IMG/VR virus record: IMGVR_UViG_3300012347_000334
Span: 1 to 35,950 of that record
Strand: one strand, 5' to 3'
Length of the DNA: 35,950 nt
Origin: a virus
Taxonomy: Duplodnaviria > Caudoviricetes
The translations under genes and the position numbers were made by a program. Under the pieces are notes generated by a model. It did not search any database. It saw only the letters and a program-made list of their open reading frames with translations, and was not told the origin of the DNA. Positions 17,081-25,886 of this stretch are shown here, piece by piece. The number at the start of each line of letters is the position of its first letter. Position 1 is the first letter of the stretch.

Positions 17081-17607
17081 CTAAGGTGCCCGCCCTAATA
17101 ATCTAGCTAAGTCTGCAGAAGTTACAGCCTTAGGCTTCATTGACTCTGGATCCGCTCGCTTCTTAAGATCCTTTAAAACCTTTTCTCTATCTTCTTTTTT
17201 GAGTGAAGAAAAAGAACCGTTCTTAATAGCCCTTAAATCTTCCTTAGCCTCTAACTCTTCTAATGCAATCAAGGCGTTTTCTATGATGTACATTTCTTTA
17301 TCTATCCAGTAATCGTAAGACTGGCCATAAAATCTGACCAGCTTAAATATCTTCAGGATAACTTCTATTCTATTTTTTTTTGACCTGAAATAATCTCTAC
17401 GATCTCTTTCAAATCAATAGCCTCTAACTCAGATTGAGCATCCAAAGGAAGTCCAAGAGTAACAAGGAAATCTCTCAAAGCCTCTTTTGGATTCTCTTTG
17501 TTCTTATCTTCAAACAATTCTAATTCGCTGAACTTTGGAAACCGCACTTGATATGCGGTCCCATCGATGTCAACTTTTAAGGTTCTTCTCTTTGCTTTGT
17601 ATTCCAT
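17081..17607 (-). CDS. Tail assembly chaperone G-T fusion via -1 frameshift (about 175 aa)
   Basis: The -1 frame is open from the A9 run (NRIEVILKIFKLVRFYGQSYDYWIDKE) into ORF 17081-17293. Confidence 0.8.
17365..17607 (-). CDS. Tail assembly chaperone (gpG-like)
   Basis: Between major tail and tape measure; ends SGQKKIE*. Confidence 0.8.
   Translation of the reverse strand: MEYKAKRRTLKVDIDGTAYQVRFPKFSELELFEDKNKENPKEALRDFLVTLGLPLDAQSELEAIDLKEIVEIISGQKKIE
17373..17381 (-). other. Programmed -1 ribosomal frameshift slippery site
   Basis: CAA AAA AAA ATA GAA TAG contains an A AAA AAA heptamer just before the G stop. Confidence 0.8.
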
Positions 17608-17617
17608 TTTCTATCCC

Positions 17618-18529
17618 TTATAAGAAGCTTTGAGTATGATCACCATACACAAAGAGTCTTGCTTCTGCGTCTAAAAGACTGTCTGGCAAGATTTTAAATT
17701 CTACATTAGTCACACGAGCATTCTCGCCCGAAAATACAACACCTTGCAAGATCGGATATGCGCGCCAGAAGCACCAGTCCTCAGTCAGATCTGCATCTGC
17801 TTTACGGATAGGGTGCAAGATTAGCTTGCGGCATACTGAAGTGATGTTACCGAAAGACTTAGTGTCCTCAGATCCCCATGCACTTACAGCAGTACCACCT
17901 GCAGGAGTAAATTCAGCTCCAGAAGTCTCGATGATAGCCTTAAGCTTTACAGCGTCTGACTCTTTCATAGATACAGTTACATTTGAAATGTTACGGCCAG
18001 TGCGTAGACCTTGAATGATCTGAGTGCCTGTTTGGTGAGAAGTTACATCTAAGATGTCCTCAGTCAAACCAACCTCAACATCGCCGTCTACAAAGCCGAT
18101 TGACATTGTAGCACCTACACGCTCAGTAGCTACTGTGAATCCAGAAGTTCCAGCACCTGAAGCTGTTAAAGCCGCTCCTGCTACCTTATTCATGATAATA
18201 ACTTTAGTAGAATCACACTCGTCTACTTTAGAATGGAAAGCTGTGTGAGCTTCTAATGCTGTAGCGATAAGGCCTGCAAGTGTAGCTGCAGATGCGCCAG
18301 GAGAATAAACAACTGGGATTGCAGTCTTGCCAGATACTACTGGATCAGAAACAATGCCGTCATCCATCCATACAAAATAATCAACAGTAGTTGATGAAAG
18401 AAGAAAGTAATCACCAGCAAGTGAGCTAGCAACGTCTGCTACTGGCACCACTGTAGTTACTTGTTGATTATCCCAGTTCAAATAGACTGGTTCGATTCTG
18501 ATATTGTCTGCATTTGTTCTGCAAGCCAT
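17618..18529 (-). CDS. Major tail (tube) protein
   Basis: Position; IGFVDGDVEV...VTSHQTG...KLILHP tube-like motifs with an inserted domain. Confidence 0.8.
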   Translation of the reverse strand: MACRTNADNIRIEPVYLNWDNQQVTTVVPVADVASSLAGDYFLLSSTTVDYFVWMDDGIVSDPVVSGKTAIPVVYSPGASAATLAGLIATALEAHTAFHSKVDECDSTKVIIMNKVAGAALTASGAGTSGFTVATERVGATMSIGFVDGDVEVGLTEDILDVTSHQTGTQIIQGLRTGRNISNVTVSMKESDAVKLKAIIETSGAEFTPAGGTAVSAWGSEDTKSFGNITSVCRKLILHPIRKADADLTEDWCFWRAYPILQGVVFSGENARVTNVEFKILPDSLLDAEARLFVYGDHTQSFL

Positions 18530-18552
18530 GTTTAACGTCCTTGTTTAAATTG

Positions 18553-18978
18553 TTAGCATATCCCTAAAGTATAAAGTGCTGTAAAATCCATTCTACAGAC
18601 AACATAATTATCGTTACTCTCAGCGTAAGGCTCAATCGTCATAGTGCTTAGAATAACATTCTTGATCTTGGTTTGAGTTAGTCGATTCTCACTAGAGAGA
18701 GCCGCATTCAAATAAGCATCACCTGCAATGGTAGCATCTGAAATCGTACTGTCAACATCTCTGCCACCCTTAAAGAACAATCGAACCACGCAGTTAGCCT
18801 CTAACATTAAATCAGTTTGATTATGTCCTAATCCATTAAAGACGAAGGCTTCAACATGATAAGACTTATTAAGACTAGACTTAGGTACGTTATTAATAGC
18901 AAAGCCATCATAATGTTTCTTATAACTAAGACCTTCTGCAATCGTGCTGAAATAGGCTCTAGCAGTCTCAAGGCTCAT
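18553..18978 (-). CDS. Tail terminator/completion-like protein
   Basis: 141 aa immediately upstream of major tail gene. Confidence 0.6.
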   Translation of the reverse strand: MSLETARAYFSTIAEGLSYKKHYDGFAINNVPKSSLNKSYHVEAFVFNGLGHNQTDLMLEANCVVRLFFKGGRDVDSTISDATIAGDAYLNAALSSENRLTQTKIKNVILSTMTIEPYAESNDNYVVCRMDFTALYTLGIC

Positions 18979-19688
18979 CGTCTCACCATTGTCATAGTTC
19001 TCAGCTCTTGATTGTCATTCTGGTCAGCTTGGCCATCATCGTTAAAGTCTAAAGTAATATAATTACGATTCTTAGAAGATGATTCTAATGCCTGAAACTT
19101 CTGTCTCTTCTTATCAAAGACATCATCAACCTGGTTAGATAGACCTTCAAAGATCACACGCAATGTCATATAACAACTAATGCGTCTGACTTGCTCTTTC
19201 TCTAATAGATCACGAGCCTCAAAACGATCACCATTTGATTTCCTTAGTCTAATCTCATCTAACCAATCAACGATGTTGTTTCTAGACTCTCTATGGATGT
19301 GATTAAAAGAAGAATAGCCATCTGGTAGCCATGACAAAATGTCAGGCTCATAAGCTTTTAGATTATCATCTGTTGAAAATAAGCAGTCATTTGCCTGAGT
19401 CACAACATTAATATTCATGGTCTTAGTCACATAAGTAGGAGTCACAGTCTCGTTTGTTACTTTTAAAGTCACAACCTTAGATCCAGACGATGAATAAACC
19501 CAGTCTAAATACCAGTTTTCTTGATCTGCATTAAATACATCTATGAATGTAGCTACTGATTCAGGCTGAATCTGCACACTAACCAACGCGTCTTCATCTG
19601 GAGTAATGAAAGACTTAACCGCTGACAGTCTGATCTTGTCGCCAACTTGAACCGTTAAATCTGCTTTAATAATTGGAAAGATAGACAT
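18975..19688 (-). CDS. Head-tail adaptor-like protein with N-terminal Ig/PKD-like domain
   Basis: YSSSGSKVVTLKVT (PKD-like) followed by a helical LFSTDDNLKAYEPDI domain; position. Confidence 0.6.
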   Translation of the reverse strand: MSIFPIIKADLTVQVGDKIRLSAVKSFITPDEDALVSVQIQPESVATFIDVFNADQENWYLDWVYSSSGSKVVTLKVTNETVTPTYVTKTMNINVVTQANDCLFSTDDNLKAYEPDILSWLPDGYSSFNHIHRESRNNIVDWLDEIRLRKSNGDRFEARDLLEKEQVRRISCYMTLRVIFEGLSNQVDDVFDKKRQKFQALESSSKNRNYITLDFNDDGQADQNDNQELRTMTMVRR

Positions 19689-19696
19689 AAATCCCC

Positions 19697-19888
19697 TTAT
19701 TTATTGGACCAAAAGACGTGTCCAATTAATACACCAAAGGCCAGAGGTATCATCGGATCAACCTTTGATTGATTAAATATTATTGAGCTAATTGTGGAAG
19801 GTTGACCGCCTACCGTCAATGCATAAATATCATAGATAGCTATGACGATTATGCCAAAGACGATAAATAAACCAGTTACCTTCTTCAT
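19697..19888 (-). CDS. Small two-TM membrane protein
   Basis: Two hydrophobic segments; TISS...PMIPLAFGVLIGHVFW. Confidence 0.75.
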   Translation of the reverse strand: MKKVTGLFIVFGIIVIAIYDIYALTVGGQPSTISSIIFNQSKVDPMIPLAFGVLIGHVFWSNK

Positions 19889-20409
19889 CTAAACACCACT
19901 AAGGCATACCATTCAAGATTGCCTTTTGTATAACTCACGTCCCATGTCATCACTCTGTCATAATATGGATCATAAACTAGAATATAGTCTTTAGATTCCT
20001 TGTTGAAAGTTCCATAAGCAACAACCGCATGGCCAGATTGCCCAGCCGTACCTGCTGCGCTCAAGTGATAAATTGTCACTGGTCTGTTTTGCTTTATTTC
20101 ACTTACAACTAGGTCAAAGCTTGGTAGAACCTTTTGAACACTGTAACCATAGGCACGCATGGCACTTTCAGTAGTGATCGGATTGTTAAAGCAATCTCTT
20201 CCGGTAGCCTTACGAACAATATCGCACTGGCTTGGCAAGTTTTTAGTCTTTAGTGACATCATCATTCTTGCGGCAGCAGCAGCGCACCATTGATTCTGCT
20301 TTTGCTTTTCCTCTTGTAGGCCTTTGACGTATATCGCAGGGCTTTCAGTGTCAGGCTTAGGCATTGAAGAGCAAGATATAAGCAATAAAGCAAGAATCAA
20401 AAGTCTCAT
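19885..20409 (-). CDS. Papain-fold cysteine peptidase (C39-like) lipoprotein
   Basis: MRLLILALLLISC lipobox-like; QKQNQWCAAA (Q..C), GHAVVAYG (H), VYDPY (D). Confidence 0.8.
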   Translation of the reverse strand: MRLLILALLLISCSSMPKPDTESPAIYVKGLQEEKQKQNQWCAAAAARMMMSLKTKNLPSQCDIVRKATGRDCFNNPITTESAMRAYGYSVQKVLPSFDLVVSEIKQNRPVTIYHLSAAGTAGQSGHAVVAYGTFNKESKDYILVYDPYYDRVMTWDVSYTKGNLEWYALVVFR

Positions 20410-20558
20410 TTAGCCTCTTTTAGTTCTGGATTAGATTCTTCTTTAACAGGCTCAAGCTTTGTTAAGATTGCAACAAGTGCTTGCACCTCAATGAATGGCT
20501 TTGCGACCAAGTAGTCCATAATCTTCTGCGCGTCTTTGTGATCTATTTTAAACTTCAT
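20406..20558 (-). CDS. Small hypothetical protein, 50 aa (not in ORF track)
   Basis: MKFKIDHKDAQKIMDYLVAKPFIEVQALVAILTKLEPVKEESNPELKEAK; GGAG RBS; ATGA overlaps at both ends. Confidence 0.7.
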   Translation of the reverse strand: MKFKIDHKDAQKIMDYLVAKPFIEVQALVAILTKLEPVKEESNPELKEAK

Positions 20559-20890
20559 GCTAAAATCTCCGCTATATTGTCTTTGTTTACTATACGTTTA
20601 TTCGCAATCTTGCATTTGACAAGATATTTTCCGATGACAGCAAGCACTCCGCCCATTGCTTGAGCAAGCTCCGCGTCTAACGCTGCAAGTTCTTTTAAGT
20701 CTTGTAACTCAACCATGAAGGCATGTGTCCCTAAGGTTGCATCGCCATCGTAAGGCATGCCTACAAACTTTGCTGCCCAAGGCTTTCCTGGATGTGCGGT
20801 GATCTCAAGCTTAGTGCAGAATTGTTTGTCTAAAACTTTCTCTGCCACAGCTGGGATCACTTGTGGTATTGGGTTTGGAATATCTGCCAT
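20555..20890 (-). CDS. Hypothetical protein, possible fibre-associated
   Basis: AAGGAG RBS; follows the fibre gene. Confidence 0.7.
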   Translation of the reverse strand: MADIPNPIPQVIPAVAEKVLDKQFCTKLEITAHPGKPWAAKFVGMPYDGDATLGTHAFMVELQDLKELAALDAELAQAMGGVLAVIGKYLVKCKIANKRIVNKDNIAEILA

Positions 20891-20901
20891 TTTATTGCTC
20901 C

Positions 20902-22848
20902 TTAGTAATTAAATACAGTTGCTCGCCATGTGTTTGATGCTGGGTCAATAGCTCCACCCGAGCCATTGTGTATTCTGATTGTCACAGTGTCTACAGCAGT
21001 CACCCAGCCACAAAAAGTTAAGTTAGATTCAAATGTGTCAGGTGCTCCAAGAAATACCGAAGCCCCTACCGTTGCGCCTGTTACTGTCATAGTTAAATCT
21101 TCGTAGCTGTTTGATGAAACGCTTGGAAAGTCTAGCGTTGCTGTTGCGCTAACACAGTTTAAGAATATATTTCCACCAACACCAAGCTTAACATCACCCT
21201 CAACGTCAAGTGTTGCTGTAGGCGCATTGGTCATCACGCCAAGCTTTCCACCTGAGAACGGTGTAGCATCAGGAGTCGAATCGTTTTTAATTCCAGTGCC
21301 GAATAAAATGTTACCGATATTGAGAGCCTGAGAAGCTGCTACAGTTGCGCCATTTCCGACCATAATTGAATCAGTAATCGCGTTTAAACTTTGCCCAGCG
21401 TTTTCTCCGAAGGCAATTAAACGATTTGAGTTGATGATATAACGAAGCGCCTGTTTACCGATACCGATACAAAGTGAAGCCGAATCAGAGGCTTCCATTG
21501 AGAAGTCGCCGATTGAAATGTTTCCGACGTTTTGACTATCAAACGCAAAATTGTTTGCAAGTGCCGAGTTACCGATTGCGATTGACTCGCGCACTTCATT
21601 TGAAAATACGACAGCGCCTTCTCCGATGGCGATAACGTAATAAGGATTGACTGAGTTGCCTAGAACACCTGATCCCATAGCTGTACAAGCGTAAGCAGAT
21701 GTAGAAGAAGAAATAGCGTAAGGCCCCACTCCAATGTTATAACTTGAGTCATTGGCATATTGCCCTGAGTTTGCACCTATAAATACAGATGACAGCGCAT
21801 TAACGCTATAACTTCCGGCGTTGACTCCTACCGCTACACACGATTGGGGATTTGTTGCATAATTGAAAGTGTAATCACCGAACCCTAAATTGTTGTCTCC
21901 CGCTCCGCATTGCTCAAAACTATATTGACCAATCCCGATTGAGTTAGTTACTCCGCTAGTTGCAAATGCGGACGGCCCGATACCAAGTACTCTGTATCCA
22001 CTATGGTTTCCACAAGTACCGTTACCAATAGCAATAGTCTCATAAGAATTTGTAGACAAACCCCCAGCCGCTTGACCGATGAAAATAGCCCCGAATATCT
22101 CTGGCCCTAACCCGTCATAAGTCGCATTATTTCCTGCGCCATATCCAACAAGTGTTGCGAAAGTAAGTCCCGTTGAATATTCTCCAGCACTAGAGCCAAC
22201 CATTAAAGAATTAGTACATCCCGTCGAGCCAGATCCGCTATTCGGTCCAATCGCTGTCGCATTACTTAGCCCATCAGCGCCATTACCTGCGTTTGTTCCA
22301 ATAGCTATCGTATTATTGGTTGCTCCAGTAATACTTGCCGCAGCATCTTTTCCAATCACAATTTCGTTATTATTTGAGAGCGTCTTAATTGGATACGCCG
22401 TGCCGACTTGGAATGCTCCAGAAGTTAATACATTTGTTGTCTTGTTGTAAACAAGATCACTGTCAGCGCCAAGAACACCTCCATCATTAAAGATGACTTG
22501 AGTATTTAAGCCAACAGTAGGCAAATCACCCAATGCTAAATCGGCACCAGCAGTTACTAGGCCTTTTGAGTCGTAAGTGATTTTTGTTTTAGTCGATGCA
22601 GTTATGCCAGCATTAGCCGTAACCTTTGCATTAAGTGCAGACTGTAAATCAGTTTGATCTGACAATGTGCCTGTGATTGATCCCCAAGTCGATGCGCCTG
22701 AAGCGCCAGGGGGACCTTCTGGGCCTTCTGGACCTTCAGCCCCAGCGGGTCCAGCAGGTCCCTGAACCCCAGGTATAACAATATCAATATTGACGGGTGT
22801 CTCTTCTATAATTGCTGTATCATTTGATCCTGAGATTGTTACTTTCAT
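20902..22848 (-). CDS. Collagen-like and beta-roll repeat fibre protein
   Basis: (G-x-y)n GVQGPAGPAGAEGPEGPEGPPG; WGSITGTLSDQTDL..AL; KITYDSKGLVT; many ~14-aa N.AIG..A repeats; C-terminal TATLDFPS...IDPAS domain. Confidence 0.85.
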   Translation of the reverse strand: MKVTISGSNDTAIIEETPVNIDIVIPGVQGPAGPAGAEGPEGPEGPPGASGASTWGSITGTLSDQTDLQSALNAKVTANAGITASTKTKITYDSKGLVTAGADLALGDLPTVGLNTQVIFNDGGVLGADSDLVYNKTTNVLTSGAFQVGTAYPIKTLSNNNEIVIGKDAAASITGATNNTIAIGTNAGNGADGLSNATAIGPNSGSGSTGCTNSLMVGSSAGEYSTGLTFATLVGYGAGNNATYDGLGPEIFGAIFIGQAAGGLSTNSYETIAIGNGTCGNHSGYRVLGIGPSAFATSGVTNSIGIGQYSFEQCGAGDNNLGFGDYTFNYATNPQSCVAVGVNAGSYSVNALSSVFIGANSGQYANDSSYNIGVGPYAISSSTSAYACTAMGSGVLGNSVNPYYVIAIGEGAVVFSNEVRESIAIGNSALANNFAFDSQNVGNISIGDFSMEASDSASLCIGIGKQALRYIINSNRLIAFGENAGQSLNAITDSIMVGNGATVAASQALNIGNILFGTGIKNDSTPDATPFSGGKLGVMTNAPTATLDVEGDVKLGVGGNIFLNCVSATATLDFPSVSSNSYEDLTMTVTGATVGASVFLGAPDTFESNLTFCGWVTAVDTVTIRIHNGSGGAIDPASNTWRATVFNY

Positions 22849-23195
22849 GGTGTCACCTGCAAGCGCATCTTCGCTTTACCCTCTACAATACGAGTTTTAA
22901 TACCGCCTGGTGAGGTCATCTTAATATCAAATACAAATGAAGTATGATCGCAAGGAAGTGCAGCAGATAATGCTGCTGGAATAGTGAAAGTAAATTCACC
23001 TTCGTTAGTAACTTGATTAGATAAAACTATTGTGAAAACTAAGTCTGCATTTGACTGACAATATGTCTTCTTCATTGAGCCAGAAATGGTATATCCAGTT
23101 AGGTCAATTGGAGTGTCATCGTCATTAGAGAGTGTGATTGTTCGAGTATAGTCTGCACCCTGGTCAAAAACTATATCGTTTACAACTAGAGCCAT
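22845..23195 (-). CDS. BppU-like fibre adaptor/structural protein
   Basis: DQGADY...PIDLTGYT...FDIKMT..GG.KTRIVEG motif. Confidence 0.7.
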   Translation of the reverse strand: MALVVNDIVFDQGADYTRTITLSNDDDTPIDLTGYTISGSMKKTYCQSNADLVFTIVLSNQVTNEGEFTFTIPAALSAALPCDHTSFVFDIKMTSPGGIKTRIVEGKAKMRLQVTP

Positions 23196-23207
23196 TTGTA
23201 ACTCCTC

Positions 23208-23239
23208 AAAAAAAAGGCGATGGGGATTAACCCACCGCC
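23208..23239 (-). terminator. Rho-independent terminator after major capsid gene
   Basis: Minus strand GGCGGTGGG-TTAATC-CCCATCGCC followed by T8 (9-bp stem, one G-U). Confidence 0.85.
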
Positions 23240-23259
23240 GTCATAATTTAACTAATTAA

Positions 23260-24111
23260 CTAGATAGTTGCTACACCCAAGATTACATGGCGTTTACCAG
23301 CGTCTAGGGCTTTTACGCCGTAGATTTGGTCAAAGCTATGTAGAGTTGCAAGGTTCGCAAGATCTTTGTCGTTATCATAAGATACTGACTGCTGAACACC
23401 GTATGCTAATGCAGACTTGTGGAAGTAAATGTCTTGGTTAGTTGTAACCGCGTTAGACATGAACACCTCAGCGCCATAGATATTTCCAACAACACCAGTG
23501 CGGATTGCGTTTGGATTTTGTCCAGCTCCCAAAGCATCGTAACGAATGAAGTCAGAGATAGCTAACAACTTAGAGTAAGAAGTAGGGCTAACTGCCAAGT
23601 AGCGGCCATCTTGTGGAACTTTTTGAGTGTCCAAAAGAAGCTTAGCCGCAAGGATGTCTGCGCCTGCTAGTGAAGTTGTATTTGCATAAGCGATAATATG
23701 ATCAGGAGCTGATGCAGAAGCACCTGCGTAGAACTCAGCTACGATCTTAAGATCAGTATCGTAAGCAAGATCAAGGCCAGCGCGCTCAGCGATTTGCATC
23801 TCTTGAGCAACTTTTGATTGAAGACCAGCGATTTTTTCAAGGTTAACCTGAATTACGCGGTGTTTAGTTAATGGAAGATTGTCTACAGCCCAAGTAATAA
23901 CCTGTGCAGTAACTGCTGTGTTTTCAGCCTTGTCACCAACTGTAAATCCGCCAGCTTTAGGAACGTCTACAGACTTGATTCCGTTAGCTACTGCGAAAGT
24001 TTGAACACGTTGCGGGAACATTGCTGCTGCCTGCAAGTATTGTTGAACCATGTTGGCCATGATCTCTTGTTGGCCTACCGCTGCTGTTTCTGTTACGCCC
24101 ATAATTGCCAT
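23260..24111 (-). CDS. Major capsid protein (HK97 fold)
   Basis: After scaffold and before terminator; LDTQKVPQDGRYLAVSP, G.VGNIYGAEVFMSN, FHKSALAY, D.IYGVK.L. Confidence 0.9.
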   Translation of the reverse strand: MAIMGVTETAAVGQQEIMANMVQQYLQAAAMFPQRVQTFAVANGIKSVDVPKAGGFTVGDKAENTAVTAQVITWAVDNLPLTKHRVIQVNLEKIAGLQSKVAQEMQIAERAGLDLAYDTDLKIVAEFYAGASASAPDHIIAYANTTSLAGADILAAKLLLDTQKVPQDGRYLAVSPTSYSKLLAISDFIRYDALGAGQNPNAIRTGVVGNIYGAEVFMSNAVTTNQDIYFHKSALAYGVQQSVSYDNDKDLANLATLHSFDQIYGVKALDAGKRHVILGVATI

Positions 24112-24143
24112 TTAAAACTCCGTTTCTAAACTGTTAATAATCT

Positions 24144-24740
24144 TTACTGGCCTAATGCCTTTTTCTTATATAATTCTTGTAACTCTGCAATAGTCATATT
24201 GCTTAAAGTCTTTTGCCCTTCAGGTTTATAGTTAGGTGTCCCATCCTTAGGAGCTGCTACCTGTTTCTTAAATAGCATTGGCACTTCAGCCTTCACCTGT
24301 TCCAAAACACTTTTTAGAGCATCTGCATCTGCACTGTAATCATCGTTCACAGCTACAGATTTCAAGTCAGCTAGTCTCATTACAGCTTCAGGGTTTTCAG
24401 CACCCATCGCTCTTGCTGTCTCAATCACTTGTTGCTTCACAGACTTCCAGGCAAAGTTTTGAGTCGTTTGTTTTAACTCGGATTCTTTCAAAGCAACTTG
24501 CTTCTTAAGATTCTCGATCAACTCATCCTTCTTACCGGAACTTGCAAGCTTCTCTTGCTCGGCCTCATTGATCTTCTTTTCTAACTCTTCTCTGATAGTT
24601 TTCTCAGTCTTAAGCTTGGAAAGAAGTTCAGCGTTCTTTTTAAGAACTGCTTTGGCGTCTTTGATCTCAACTTGTTCTTGATTTTCTTCAGCGACGTGGT
24701 CTGCTGCTGTCTTTTGGCCGTTGGCCTCTAGTTCTGACAT
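24144..24740 (-). CDS. Capsid scaffolding protein
   Basis: AAGGAG RBS before ATG 24740; highly charged coiled coil; K...PMLF near C-terminus. Confidence 0.8.
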   Translation of the reverse strand: MSELEANGQKTAADHVAEENQEQVEIKDAKAVLKKNAELLSKLKTEKTIREELEKKINEAEQEKLASSGKKDELIENLKKQVALKESELKQTTQNFAWKSVKQQVIETARAMGAENPEAVMRLADLKSVAVNDDYSADADALKSVLEQVKAEVPMLFKKQVAAPKDGTPNYKPEGQKTLSNMTIAELQELYKKKALGQ

Positions 24741-24762
24741 TTCAATGCTCCTTTTATGTGCG

Positions 24763-25299
24763 TTATTTGTCAATAGGTTGTCTCAATAATCTTCTTAATC
24801 TAGTTTTGATCTGGACCTTAATAGTCTTAATCACCGCTTCAGATACTCCAAACCAGTTACGCCCCTTAGCTTTTAAATACTTTGCAAGCTCTGCGTTTTC
24901 CATATCGTCACTCTTAGACTTTGGACCTGTTTTGTAACCTCGATGCGTACCTCTAGGGTAAATCTCTATAATCTTTTGTCTACCACTTTGAATGATGCCG
25001 TATGTTATAGACTTAATGAATTGTCCTGTGAAAGTAATATTGGATTTAGCTGCAGAGTATCCTCTGGCCGTATCGTTTAACTTTGCTAATCGTTTTCTAT
25101 TCTCAATGGATGTTGGTTTTAACGGTGGGAATGCTTGCAGTGTTTCAGGATTCACTCCCTTAGTTAGTTTAATTTGTATGTCTTTTTGCATAACTGCACC
25201 AACTTCATTAAGGAATGAATCCTCTTGAATAGCACCTAGGATAACTTCTCTCACTCGCTTCTCTACTCCTGGTGGGATAGTAAACTTAACTTTAGCCAT
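24763..25299 (-). CDS. Virion morphogenesis-like protein, paralog 2
   Basis: KG.NPE...FPPLKP...NITFTGQFIKSITY...RNWFGVS. Confidence 0.65.
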   Translation of the reverse strand: MAKVKFTIPPGVEKRVREVILGAIQEDSFLNEVGAVMQKDIQIKLTKGVNPETLQAFPPLKPTSIENRKRLAKLNDTARGYSAAKSNITFTGQFIKSITYGIIQSGRQKIIEIYPRGTHRGYKTGPKSKSDDMENAELAKYLKAKGRNWFGVSEAVIKTIKVQIKTRLRRLLRQPIDK

Positions 25300-25886
25300 T
25301 ACAAGTCCTCTTCAGTTTGAATAAACTTGATCTGCAAATTATCAACCGTATCAATAGCTCTAGTTTTAAATGCATCGCCTAGAATATCACCAATAGTCTT
25401 GCGATCATCACCACGCTTTAATGCATCAATATCAGACTCAAAGTCTTCTAGAATAATCTTCTTGGCTTCTTCTTTAGTCACACCAAAGAAGTCTCTTTTA
25501 GTTACCGTATCTCCCACATTATGATTGTATGCTTTTAGTATCTGCTCTGTTTCTTCCCATCCAATACGAATAGTATTAGGGCCATCACTTAATAAGTCTA
25601 ATTGCGATAGCATAGCACCCGTAAGAGTCATGTTAACTTCACTCTTAGACTTACCTGCTAGTTCAAACTCTGCACTTGCTACATAATCTGGATGGTACTT
25701 CGCAAGCTTTGATCCTGATACGTTCTTGCCGTCTTGAGTGCGTTTAACGATGTGATCGATAACCTTTTGGGCAATAGCCATGCGAAGTGCTCGCTCACCT
25801 TGGAACGAGACACCAAACATTTCTTCAAGATTTATAGTCTGACTAACATCACGCTTGGTTAGTTTCAGTCCCTTGATCTCTGCCAT
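25299..25886 (-). CDS. Virion morphogenesis-like protein, paralog 1
   Basis: RTQDGKNVSG...Y...VNMTLTGAML...KAYNHN.G....RDFFGVT. Confidence 0.65.
   Translation of the reverse strand: MAEIKGLKLTKRDVSQTINLEEMFGVSFQGERALRMAIAQKVIDHIVKRTQDGKNVSGSKLAKYHPDYVASAEFELAGKSKSEVNMTLTGAMLSQLDLLSDGPNTIRIGWEETEQILKAYNHNVGDTVTKRDFFGVTKEEAKKIILEDFESDIDALKRGDDRKTIGDILGDAFKTRAIDTVDNLQIKFIQTEEDL

Noticed and set aside
12060-22848. Diversity-generating retroelement acting on fibre genes
   Set aside because: No reverse transcriptase, and no template/variable repeat pair with adenine-specific mismatches was seen.
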